DNA from: Sulfurimonas sp.
Lineage (GTDB): Bacteria > Campylobacterota > Campylobacteria > Campylobacterales > Sulfurimonadaceae
Assembly: GCF_019429335.1 (NCBI RefSeq)
Contig: NZ_JAHYJB010000002.1
Coordinates: forward strand, 62,343 to 126,342
DNA length: 64,000 nucleotides
Direction of reading: 5' to 3'
Part shown: piece by piece, positions 29,472 through 38,311 of the stretch
Numbering within the stretch: the first letter of the stretch is position 1
How the letters are laid out: the number at the start of each line of letters is the position of its first letter
The notes under the pieces: generated by a model
What the model saw: the letters and a program-made list of their open reading frames with translations, nothing else
What the model was told of the DNA's origin: nothing
The model's database searches: none
Program-made: the position numbers and the translations under genes

Positions 29472-30772
29472 AAACCATGAGATATGTTCTTGTTAGTGCT
29501 CTTTTTAGTGCGCTGCTTTATGCTGCCGAGACGGTCTCTGTTGACTTGCAGAGCGTTTTGCAATTGGGCGGTGCAAATAATCTCACCATCAAAGAGTTCC
29601 AATCAAAGCAGGAAGAGGCATTGAGGGATTTGGAAAAAACCAAAGAGTGGTGGCTGCCAAATATTTATGCAGGGGTAAAAACCCAGCAGTTATGGGGAGC
29701 CGCAATGAACGGCAACGGCAATTTTTATACCGATGTCGACAGCGACAATCTCTGGGGCGGAGTAGGGGTAAGGATGCGGCTTGACTTTGCCGAGGGCATC
29801 TATAAAACCAAGGCGGCACAATTAAGTGCAAAGGCGTACTCTTATGAGAGCGATGCCGAAAAAAACAGGGTACTTCTTTCATGTGTAAATGCTTACTATG
29901 ATATGGCGTTTGAGCAGTTGAAATACGGCGCATACAAAAATTTGGCAGAGCAATCCGATCTGCTTATGCAGCAGATAGGGCTTCAGGTGGAGGCGGGTCT
30001 GCGCTATCAGTCAGAGCTACTGTTGGCTAAAGGTAATCATGCACATCTGAAACTGGAGATGATGAACGCGCAATCCGACTATGGGCGTAAATCGGCAGAG
30101 TTGGTACGCCTTCTCAACCTTCAAAGCAGCGTCAAGCTCTCTAGTGCCGAAAACTTTCTGCTTCCTTTGGATTTTCAAGCAGGATCCGGTGGAGACGATG
30201 ATAGGGCGGAAACCAAAGCCATAGACACCTCGATTCTCTCATTACAAGAACAAAAAAAGAGTATTACCAAGGGTCTTTGGATGCCTGAGTTAAGCATTGA
30301 TACCTATGCATCCTATTTTGGAGGTTTGAGCGGTGATGTGACACCTGTAGTACCAAACCAAGGCTCAAAACAGCTCTACCCGACACAGGCTTTGAATGTC
30401 TCTTTGTTATGGAATATACCGCTGGGAGAGCTTCTTTATCGTTCAAACGAGGAGAGATACAATGCGAAAATCCAGACAGAGCGGGTAAAACTGCAACAAA
30501 TGAAAGCACAGATCAACGAAGAGGTTACCAATGCTACCCAAGATATAGAGTTGGGAAAAGAGAAAATAATTCTCTCGAAAGAGGCATTAAATATGACAGA
30601 AGAGGCATTGAGCCAAAGTATAGAACGCCAGAAACTTGGAACAGCAAAGCCATTTGAAGTGTTTCAGGTACAGCAGTTTTATTTGCAAGCACAGCTTAAT
30701 CACTTAAGGGCGATCAGTGATTACAACAAAGCTCAGTTTGCTTTAAAAGTAGCAAAAGGCGAGACGCTTTAG
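29468..30772 (+). CDS. TolC-family outer membrane channel
   Basis: Signal peptide; two OEP-like repeats; ends AISDYNKAQFALKVAKG; ATGA-coupled to the MFP. Confidence 0.88.
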   Translation: MKTMRYVLVSALFSALLYAAETVSVDLQSVLQLGGANNLTIKEFQSKQEEALRDLEKTKEWWLPNIYAGVKTQQLWGAAMNGNGNFYTDVDSDNLWGGVGVRMRLDFAEGIYKTKAAQLSAKAYSYESDAEKNRVLLSCVNAYYDMAFEQLKYGAYKNLAEQSDLLMQQIGLQVEAGLRYQSELLLAKGNHAHLKLEMMNAQSDYGRKSAELVRLLNLQSSVKLSSAENFLLPLDFQAGSGGDDDRAETKAIDTSILSLQEQKKSITKGLWMPELSIDTYASYFGGLSGDVTPVVPNQGSKQLYPTQALNVSLLWNIPLGELLYRSNEERYNAKIQTERVKLQQMKAQINEEVTNATQDIELGKEKIILSKEALNMTEEALSQSIERQKLGTAKPFEVFQVQQFYLQAQLNHLRAISDYNKAQFALKVAKGETL

Positions 30773-30781
30773 CTTCCCTAA

Positions 30782-30927
30782 AGTATTCCAAATGTAAAAC
30801 CTGTGCAAAAAGCTTTGCTTGAAGATTACTCTTTTTTGATAAGCACTCTTTTTGAAGCATATCAAGCTGTTTTAGCTACGATGCAGAGTTTGAAAAAGTG
30901 AAAAAAGATATTGAGTCTCTTCAATAA
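30782..30927 (+). pseudogene. Internally deleted remnant of a second yyaL/DUF255 3' end
   Basis: 30782-30867 matches 24620-24705 ([28 protein letters not shown] vs [28 protein letters not shown]). 30865-30920 matches 25136-25191 ([19 protein letters not shown]). Confidence 0.88.
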
Positions 30928-30996
30928 CCGCTGATTTAATTGAGTTTTCAAATTTTTTTGCTATTATCACACACAAGTATAAATGAGGATTGTGCT

Positions 30997-32928
30997 ATGA
31001 AAAATGAGATAGAAAAGTTTGATAAATATCTTAAAAAAATGAGTAAAAATAGGCTCAATGCCTTAGGCGAAGTTGGTTTTATACTTCTTGGTCTTATAAA
31101 AAAACAAGCTGACACAAATATGCAACCGCTTATCAACAGGATAACGGCAGAACAAGAGTTTGAATCTATTGAAAAAGCTAATATGTTCTTAAAGACATAC
31201 TTTGATTTTCACAATAAATTTATCAATTATACTTCTGCTATGTTTATGATAGAAGATGAAGAGAAGTTTGCTATGCGAATAGAAAACCTTGTGACTTATC
31301 TTTTAAAAAGTATGCCGATTCAAGAGCAAAAAAAGTTTATTGTCGACTTTGTAGACATGGTTTATGATGAAGTTTTTGAAGAGTTTGCGTTTAGTATTGC
31401 AGAAAATGAAGACCCTGCCCAAAGTATGGCAAAAGCTACAAAAATTTTTGGAAGTGAAGGGTTGGCTTTTCTGTTTTACTCATTAATCGGCATTACTCAT
31501 GAATTGGAAGAAGATAAAAGCATCACAACTCAAAAACAGATGACAGAACTAGCAACTCCCATATTTGTATTTTTGTTAGCTCTTAATGAGCAAAGAAAAA
31601 ATCAATTTTTAGAGCAAAATCAAACAAAAGAGAATCAATCTACTAAGAACTCTTTTTACAATGTAGGTAGAAATGACCCATGCCCCTGTGGGAGTGGGAG
31701 AAAATATAAAAAATGCTGTCTCAATAAAAATGAGCGAAAGTCAGATGCCATAACCGTTACCGAAAAACCCTTAAATGCCCGAGAATCTCTTAGTGAAAAA
31801 GAGATGGGAGAGTTTTACAATACTTGGACAAAGTTTTTTGAATTTGCATCGAAAATTTACTCCCAAATGTATGATTTGAAATATCAAAAATCATATATTA
31901 AAGATGAGTATGGAAGATTTACTCTTGATGAAGATGTGATTGATTCAAATTTAGCAAGTAATGCGAGGGGCTTTATTGCTATTAATTTTCAAAAACTAAG
32001 CGACGAATTTCAATCAACAAGAGCATCGAAAAAAGATAAAGAGATTATAGAGCAGATGAGCCTTTCTTATAAGTTTTCAAAGTTTTACATCTCCTCAATT
32101 TTTGGAGACGGAAGTGCGGTGCTTTTTGATACACAAAGCGAGATAAGCTATTTTGTACACTCTTTGTATGATCCTCTTGGTATAATGATTGAACCGTATC
32201 AGCTTTTTGAAACTACACTTCTGTTTTATAAAGGCAGAATTATAGCAGATGGGATTTACGCACTCTACAATATGCAGATAGGTGACAATATGAAACAAAT
32301 GCTTCAAAAAAGTTATGAAGAAAGTTCCCAGAACATACAGCTTGTTCTATCAAAAAATGAGATTAAACATAAAATTTATCAGCTCAAAATCAACATAAAA
32401 GGCTCAAAGCCAAATATCTGGAGAAAAGTACAAGTACCGGCAAGTTTAAGCTTTTACGGACTTCATACTGTTATTCAAACTCTTTTTGGTTGGTATGAGT
32501 CACATTTGTGGGAGTTTGTTACGGAAAATGGAAACTATTTGGATGAAGAAGAGGTTTCTTCACAAGCATTGTTTTCAGATAAAAAAGAGTTTCCGGCACA
32601 AAAATTTAGTATAGAACATGTTCTCAAAAATGAAAAAGAGAAGATGCTTTATGTGTATGATTTTGGAGATGATTGGGTGCATAATATAGTTTTGGAAAAA
32701 ATTATTATAAGCGATGAAGAGCTATTGCATCCAAAATTTATCAGCGGAAAAAGGGCTGCACCTTTTGAGGATTGTGGCGGGATATATGCTTATAATGAGA
32801 TAGTGCAAGCTATTGAAAACCCGACAGATGAGGGCAGAGATATGTTAGAAGAGTATGGCATAGAACCTTTTGATACTGATTATTTTGATTCAAAAAGATT
32901 AGCGAAACTTCTTGATGGAAACGGGTGA
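30997..32928 (+). CDS. SEC-C zinc-finger + plasmid pRiA4b ORF-3-like domain protein
   Basis: VGRNDPCPCGSGRKYKKCC; C-terminal IWRKVQVP...LHTVIQTLFGWYESHLWEF...YVYDFGDDWVH...APFEDCGG. Confidence 0.85.
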   Translation: MKNEIEKFDKYLKKMSKNRLNALGEVGFILLGLIKKQADTNMQPLINRITAEQEFESIEKANMFLKTYFDFHNKFINYTSAMFMIEDEEKFAMRIENLVTYLLKSMPIQEQKKFIVDFVDMVYDEVFEEFAFSIAENEDPAQSMAKATKIFGSEGLAFLFYSLIGITHELEEDKSITTQKQMTELATPIFVFLLALNEQRKNQFLEQNQTKENQSTKNSFYNVGRNDPCPCGSGRKYKKCCLNKNERKSDAITVTEKPLNARESLSEKEMGEFYNTWTKFFEFASKIYSQMYDLKYQKSYIKDEYGRFTLDEDVIDSNLASNARGFIAINFQKLSDEFQSTRASKKDKEIIEQMSLSYKFSKFYISSIFGDGSAVLFDTQSEISYFVHSLYDPLGIMIEPYQLFETTLLFYKGRIIADGIYALYNMQIGDNMKQMLQKSYEESSQNIQLVLSKNEIKHKIYQLKINIKGSKPNIWRKVQVPASLSFYGLHTVIQTLFGWYESHLWEFVTENGNYLDEEEVSSQALFSDKKEFPAQKFSIEHVLKNEKEKMLYVYDFGDDWVHNIVLEKIIISDEELLHPKFISGKRAAPFEDCGGIYAYNEIVQAIENPTDEGRDMLEEYGIEPFDTDYFDSKRLAKLLDGNG

Positions 32929-33018
32929 GTTGTAATTTTTGTGCTTGGTTTTGTTCTTTATCGCTTTGTTTTTAAAAAAAGGGTAAAATCCAATCATTAA
33001 AAAGAGAAACGGTTGGAA

Positions 33019-34068
33019 ATGAAAAGATTGACAAAAGAAGAGGCGCTTCATCTCATACGAAATGCAGACTTAAAAGAGCTCGGGCGTATGGCGACGGCTC
33101 GCAAAAAAGAGCTGCACCCAGACAATATCACCACTTTTGTGGTGGATAGAAATATCAACTATACTAACATCTGCTGGGTGGACTGCAAGTTTTGTGCATT
33201 TTACAGACATGAAAAAGATGCGGATGCTTACGTTTTGACGTTTGATGAGATAGACGCAAAGATTGATGAGCTGCTTGAAATCGGCGGTACGCAGATACTT
33301 TTTCAAGGCGGTGTGCATCCAAAACTCAAAATAGAGTGGTATGAGGATTTGGTTGGGCATATCCATACCAAATACCCCACAATTACCATTCACGGCTTTA
33401 GTTCAATCGAAATAGATTTTATAGCTAAAGTCTCGCGCATTAGCGTGGAAGAGGTTTTAGAGAGGCTGCATGCAAAAGGATTGGCTTCTATCCCGGGGGC
33501 AGGGGCTGAGATACTCTCCGACAAAGTTCGTGACATCATCGCTCCAAAAAAAATTGACAGCGAAGTCTGGGTTGATATTCATAGAAAGGCTCATAAACTC
33601 GGCATTATGTCGACGGCTACTATGATGTATGGAACTATTGAGAGCGACGAAGATATCGTAGAACATTTTGATATGATAAGAAAACTTCAGGACGAAACAC
33701 ACGGTTTTAGAGCATTTATCATGTGGAGTTTTCAAGGGCAAAATACGGAGTTGTTGAGGCTTATTCCAGACATGGAGAAACCTTCGTCAAACCGTTACCT
33801 AAGACTTCTTGCAGTTGCGAGACTCTATCTTGATAATGTGCCAAATATCCAAAGTTCATGGGTAACACAGGGTCCATATATCGGGCAGATGGCTCTTAGA
33901 TTTGGAGCAAACGATTTAGGTTCTACTATGATGGAAGAAAATGTCGTAAGCTCTGCGGGTGCAGCCTACAAAATGGCAAAGAGCGAGATGGTACACCTCA
34001 TAAAAGATATAGGAGAGATACCTGCGGTGCGAAATACGGCGTATGAGATTTTAGAGAAATTTGCATAG
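33019..34068 (+). CDS. mqnC: Dehypoxanthine futalosine cyclase (radical SAM, futalosine menaquinone pathway)
   Basis: VVDRNINYTNICWVDCKFCAF, GAGAEIL, IQSSWVTQG, GANDLGSTMMEENVV. Confidence 0.93.
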   Translation: MKRLTKEEALHLIRNADLKELGRMATARKKELHPDNITTFVVDRNINYTNICWVDCKFCAFYRHEKDADAYVLTFDEIDAKIDELLEIGGTQILFQGGVHPKLKIEWYEDLVGHIHTKYPTITIHGFSSIEIDFIAKVSRISVEEVLERLHAKGLASIPGAGAEILSDKVRDIIAPKKIDSEVWVDIHRKAHKLGIMSTATMMYGTIESDEDIVEHFDMIRKLQDETHGFRAFIMWSFQGQNTELLRLIPDMEKPSSNRYLRLLAVARLYLDNVPNIQSSWVTQGPYIGQMALRFGANDLGSTMMEENVVSSAGAAYKMAKSEMVHLIKDIGEIPAVRNTAYEILEKFA

Positions 34069-35352
34069 ATGAAGAAAATAGTTTTAATATTACTCGCTTT
34101 AGGAAATATAATAATGGCAGCAACAATAGAAGAGATAAAAGTTAAAGATACAAATATAACTGTAATTATCGAACAGGACAAAAGATTGCCCTTGGTAACA
34201 ATGCAGTTTGTATTTAGAAACAGCGGAACTATAACAGACACTACAAAAGCTGGCTTGGCAAAATTCAGTGCAAAAGTGATGAATGAGGGGACTAAGAAAC
34301 TCGGCTCAAGCGCATTTGCCGAGGAGCTTGAGAGCAAGGCTATTCATATATCCGCTTCAACAGGAAAAGAGACCTTTGTTATAGAGATGGGATGTTTAAA
34401 AGAGGAGCTTGACGAGGGGCTTAAATATTTTAACATGTTATTAAAAGAGCCAAATCTTACCGAAGATGCAATAGAGAAGGTCAGAACTACTACTCTAGGC
34501 TCGCTTGCACGCAAAGAGAACGACTTTGACTATATCGCTTCAAATGAGTTAAAAGCGCTTCTTTTTGATGGCAGCGTACTGGCAAATCCAGCTTCGGGAA
34601 CGGTGCAGAGCGTAAAAAGCATCACTTTAGAGGATGTGAAGAAGTTTATAAAAGAGAATATCGTAACGGCAAAACTCATAGTAGTAGTCGGCGGAGATAT
34701 TGAAGCCGAGGATGTAAAGGCTAAAGTCGCAAAAATTATAAAAGCAATGCCTCTTGGCCAAAACGGCGAGATAAAAAACTATCCTGTTTCAAAAGAGCCA
34801 AAAGAGAAGATAGTTATAAAAGAGACCGAACAGGCATATATATATTTCGGCTCACCTTACGACATAAGTGTTGATTCAAAAGATTACTATAAAGCAAAAG
34901 TAGCTACTTTTATCCTAGGAAGCAGCGGTTTTGGTTCAAGACTTATGGAGGAGATTAGGGTTAAGAAAGGTCTTGCATATTCGGCGTATGCAAAGGTTGA
35001 TGTAACTAAATCAAGCTCATATATGAACGGTTATCTGCAAACAAAGCTTGACTCTTTGGAAGAGGCTAAAAAAACAGTCAAAGAGGTTGTGGCTGAGTTT
35101 GTAAAAAAGGGAGTAACAAAAGATGAGCTTGAGCAGACTAAAAAGTTTATGCTCGGAAGCGAGCCTCTAAGAGTTGAGACGATGAGCCAGAGACTAAACA
35201 GAACTTTTATGGAGTACTATAACGGCCATGAGTTGGGGCATTCACTTAAGGAGCTAGAACTGGTCAAAGAGTTAAAATTAGGTGATTTAAACGAGTTTAT
35301 AAAAGCGCATACAGAGATTTTAGATATGAGTTTTGCGATAGTTACCAAGTAA
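34069..35352 (+). CDS. M16 family peptidase-like protein (non-catalytic type; no HxxEH)
   Basis: GSSGFGSRLMEEIRVKKGLAYS; signal peptide; the HxxEH position reads AKFSAKV. Confidence 0.85.
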   Translation: MKKIVLILLALGNIIMAATIEEIKVKDTNITVIIEQDKRLPLVTMQFVFRNSGTITDTTKAGLAKFSAKVMNEGTKKLGSSAFAEELESKAIHISASTGKETFVIEMGCLKEELDEGLKYFNMLLKEPNLTEDAIEKVRTTTLGSLARKENDFDYIASNELKALLFDGSVLANPASGTVQSVKSITLEDVKKFIKENIVTAKLIVVVGGDIEAEDVKAKVAKIIKAMPLGQNGEIKNYPVSKEPKEKIVIKETEQAYIYFGSPYDISVDSKDYYKAKVATFILGSSGFGSRLMEEIRVKKGLAYSAYAKVDVTKSSSYMNGYLQTKLDSLEEAKKTVKEVVAEFVKKGVTKDELEQTKKFMLGSEPLRVETMSQRLNRTFMEYYNGHELGHSLKELELVKELKLGDLNEFIKAHTEILDMSFAIVTK

Positions 35353-35423
35353 ATATTGCAAAACGCAATATTTTTAACATGTAGTTCATGAAAATAGGTA
35401 GTATTTGATACTAAGGATTTAAG

Positions 35424-37223
35424 ATGAACATAACAAAAGAGCAAGAAGAGAAGTTTAAAAAGCTGGACATCGGCAGCTGTTGCGAGTTTGCTCTTCTTAT
35501 CCCCTCCTCTTATGAAGATTTAAGAATCTCCGACGAACTTCAAACTCACGCCATGCAGCTCATCGACGCTACGGTTGAGTCGGTTTACAGAGCTCCAAAT
35601 TCTCTTCAGATAACTTTCTTTGCCCACAATTTCGGTCATCTCATCACGGGTGTACTGTTTCGCCCAAAACCCTACATGATGCATCAGTTTAAAGTAGGCG
35701 AGAGAGATTATTACTACGGGATGGTTGAATGTAAAGGCGGTTTATGCAGTATAAGCATGCCAAAAAAAGTGACAAATATCGGTGCGATTACTCCAAAGTA
35801 CAAATCAGTCTTGAGAAGTGATATTATGCTTCGGCTTATGCAAAGTTGTTTGACAAAAGAGAATTTAATCTCTGAGGGAATCAAAGAAGAGATTGCAAGA
35901 GAGCTTTTACATGTTCATTTTCCTGCGCAAAAAGTGCCTAATTTAAGAGATTTGGAACCAAAAACGATTAAGGCTCTTAAATATACGGAACTCTTTAGCT
36001 ATATGAAACAGCTCTCAAACAAGAGAAGATATTTTAAGGCGTTAACTTCTACATGTAATGATTATGAGAAGTGGGCGGAGAGTTTGCCTTTTAGATTAAC
36101 GAATGAGCAGATAAAGAGCATAGAGGAGATAAAAGCAGATTTTAGCAAAGAGGTCTCTGCAAGACGGATGATAGTCGGAGATGTAGGAAGCGGAAAAACT
36201 ATGGTAATTCTGGCGTCGGCTTTCATGATGCTTCCAAATCGTTCTGTTCTTATGGCTCCGACAACGATACTTGCGAATCAACTTTATGAAGAAGCAAAAA
36301 AGTTTCTTCCCATGATGAAGATAGCACTTGTAACAAACAGAACAAAAGCTATAAATCTTGACGCATATGACTTTATCATCGGTACGCATGCGCTGCTTTA
36401 TCGAGAACTCCCATGTGCCTTTCTTGTCATGGTTGATGAGCAGCACCGTTTTGGAACGGCGCAGAGAAATTTGCTTGAGAAGTTGGTAAGCTCAGGAGAG
36501 CTTAGACCCCATTTCTTGCAGTTTTCTGCAACACCAATCCCTAGAACTCAGGCGATGATAGAGACCGCGCACATAGATGTCTCACTTATTACAACTACAC
36601 CGTTTAAAAAAGATATAACAAGCAGAGTAATTCATAAAAGTGATTTTAAAGATTTATTGACGCATATAAAAAACGAAATAGCCTCAGACAATCAGATTTT
36701 GCTCGTATATCCGCTGGTTGAGCAGAGCGAACTTTTAGGCTATCAAAGTATTGACGAGGCGAGAGGATTTTGGGAGAATAATTTTAACAATGTTTATGTT
36801 ACCCATGGAAAGGATAAGGAGAAAGAGGAAGTTTTGCAGGAGTTTGACAAAAAAGGTGCGATTCTCATCGCCACTACCGTTGTGGAGGTGGGTATATCAC
36901 TCTCAAAATTAAGCACGGTTGTAATAGTCGGAGCCGAGAGGCTAGGGCTCTCCACGCTTCATCAGCTTCGCGGCAGAGTTAGCCGCAGAGGCTTAAAGGG
37001 CTACTGTTTCTTATATACAAACCAAAGTTCGTCCGAGCGATTAGATAGATTTACACAAACAGCAAGCGGTTTTGATATTGCAAATCTTGATTTGAAGTTT
37101 AGAAAAGGCGGTGATTTACTAAAAGGACACAATCAAAGCGGAAGCCAGTTTAGATGGATTGATTTGGCAGAAGATGAGGAGATAGTAAAATGTGTGAAAA
37201 TGGATTTAAGCAAAAGGAGTTGA
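35424..37223 (+). CDS. recG: ATP-dependent DNA helicase RecG
   Basis: GDVGSGKT, MAPTTILANQ, VDEQHRFG, SATPIPRT, LHQLRGRV. Confidence 0.95.
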   Translation: MNITKEQEEKFKKLDIGSCCEFALLIPSSYEDLRISDELQTHAMQLIDATVESVYRAPNSLQITFFAHNFGHLITGVLFRPKPYMMHQFKVGERDYYYGMVECKGGLCSISMPKKVTNIGAITPKYKSVLRSDIMLRLMQSCLTKENLISEGIKEEIARELLHVHFPAQKVPNLRDLEPKTIKALKYTELFSYMKQLSNKRRYFKALTSTCNDYEKWAESLPFRLTNEQIKSIEEIKADFSKEVSARRMIVGDVGSGKTMVILASAFMMLPNRSVLMAPTTILANQLYEEAKKFLPMMKIALVTNRTKAINLDAYDFIIGTHALLYRELPCAFLVMVDEQHRFGTAQRNLLEKLVSSGELRPHFLQFSATPIPRTQAMIETAHIDVSLITTTPFKKDITSRVIHKSDFKDLLTHIKNEIASDNQILLVYPLVEQSELLGYQSIDEARGFWENNFNNVYVTHGKDKEKEEVLQEFDKKGAILIATTVVEVGISLSKLSTVVIVGAERLGLSTLHQLRGRVSRRGLKGYCFLYTNQSSSERLDRFTQTASGFDIANLDLKFRKGGDLLKGHNQSGSQFRWIDLAEDEEIVKCVKMDLSKRS

Positions 37224-37232
37224 CCTCCTTTT
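37212..37232. terminator. Bidirectional intrinsic terminator between recG and hpf
   Basis: aaaaggag-ttgac-ctcctttt, with A/T tails on both sides. Confidence 0.7.
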
Positions 37233-37241
37233 ACATGCAGA

Positions 37242-37784
37242 TTAATATAGACCAAATCTTCCGTCATTTCTTTTGTATAGAACACGAGTTTTGCCCTCAT
37301 TGTCTATAAAGATTTCAAAGAGTTTTTTGTTCTCTTTGATGTCGTTTAGAACATCTTCAACTTCGCGAGGTTTGTAAAGAGGAAGCTCAACTGGGACAAT
37401 CTCGTCCTCCATAGCTTCGCCTGCTTCATGCAGGTCCACATTTGCACTAGCTTCACTTTTAGCTTCGTTTATGCCCTCTTTATAGTGGTTGCTCTCTTTG
37501 TCATGCATACGGCGCATAGCTTTTTGAGCTCTAGCAGTCGCCAAATCTATAGCAGCATAGAGGTCTTGGTCATTTTGTTTGATAACTATAGAATTTTTGT
37601 GAGCAAGGTTTATAACATACTCTATTACAGACTGCTCTTTCCCCTTTTTTGTTTGAGTTGATACGATAACATTGACGGAGATAATATCCATGTTGTACTT
37701 GCTAAGTGTTTCGATAGATGAATTCATATAAGTCTTGATGGGTTCTGTAAGCTCTAAATGTCTTCCTGTTAATGATATATTCAT
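37242..37784 (-). CDS. hpf: Long ribosome hibernation promoting factor (S30EA + C-terminal domain)
   Basis: ISLTGRHLELTEPIK, DLYAAIDLA...RRMHDK, C-terminal VLYKRNDGRFGLY. Confidence 0.88.
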   Translation of the reverse strand: MNISLTGRHLELTEPIKTYMNSSIETLSKYNMDIISVNVIVSTQTKKGKEQSVIEYVINLAHKNSIVIKQNDQDLYAAIDLATARAQKAMRRMHDKESNHYKEGINEAKSEASANVDLHEAGEAMEDEIVPVELPLYKPREVEDVLNDIKENKKLFEIFIDNEGKTRVLYKRNDGRFGLY

Positions 37785-37849
37785 GTTAAATCCTTTAGTC
37801 TCTAAATATGAATTATTATATCATTAAATGGTTTACAATATTTTACAAT

Positions 37850-38311
37850 TTAGAGTTTTTGGATGCTTCTTCTAAAGTAACGGATAGGTTCTGTGCTAAG
37901 ATTTTGGTCTGCTCTTACACTTACTGTCATATCCATTAACACAGAACCGTTTTGTTCCGGTGTCGCAACTTCAAAGTATGTTAGAGCCAAAGAGCATGGA
38001 GAAGGGTTTGTATAAATGTATTTTAAACTTACATTTACGTCATAAAAGCCATCAATTGTGTATGGAGCAATAGTTGTACAAGGTCCGCCTTGTGCTATAT
38101 CCAAAAGTGCCAACTCAGCAGCACTTTTTGCATGCAGTGCTACTTGTTCATACAGATACAAGTCTATGGTTCTTTTACTTGTTTGAGCTGTTAGAGCAAG
38201 AGAGAGAGCCATAATTGTAGAGATGATTAAAACCACTATTATCGCGGTAATCATCGCAAACCCTTTTTTTTGGCGAGGATACGCTTTTAGAATATAGTTT
38301 TTTCTTTGCAT
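37850..38311 (-). CDS. PilX/MshP-like minor pilin
   Basis: QKKGFAMITAIIVVLII: class III signal peptide lacking Glu5, typical of PilX/GspK-type pilins. Confidence 0.72.
   Translation of the reverse strand: MQRKNYILKAYPRQKKGFAMITAIIVVLIISTIMALSLALTAQTSKRTIDLYLYEQVALHAKSAAELALLDIAQGGPCTTIAPYTIDGFYDVNVSLKYIYTNPSPCSLALTYFEVATPEQNGSVLMDMTVSVRADQNLSTEPIRYFRRSIQKL

Noticed and set aside
31660-31725. SEC-C motif as evidence for secA
   Set aside because: No SecA helicase motifs; the zinc finger is an internal module of a different protein.
34069-35352. M16 protein lacking HxxEH as a pseudogene or novelty
   Set aside because: Non-catalytic M16 subunits are well known, and the mqnC-M16-recG order is conserved in Campylobacterota.
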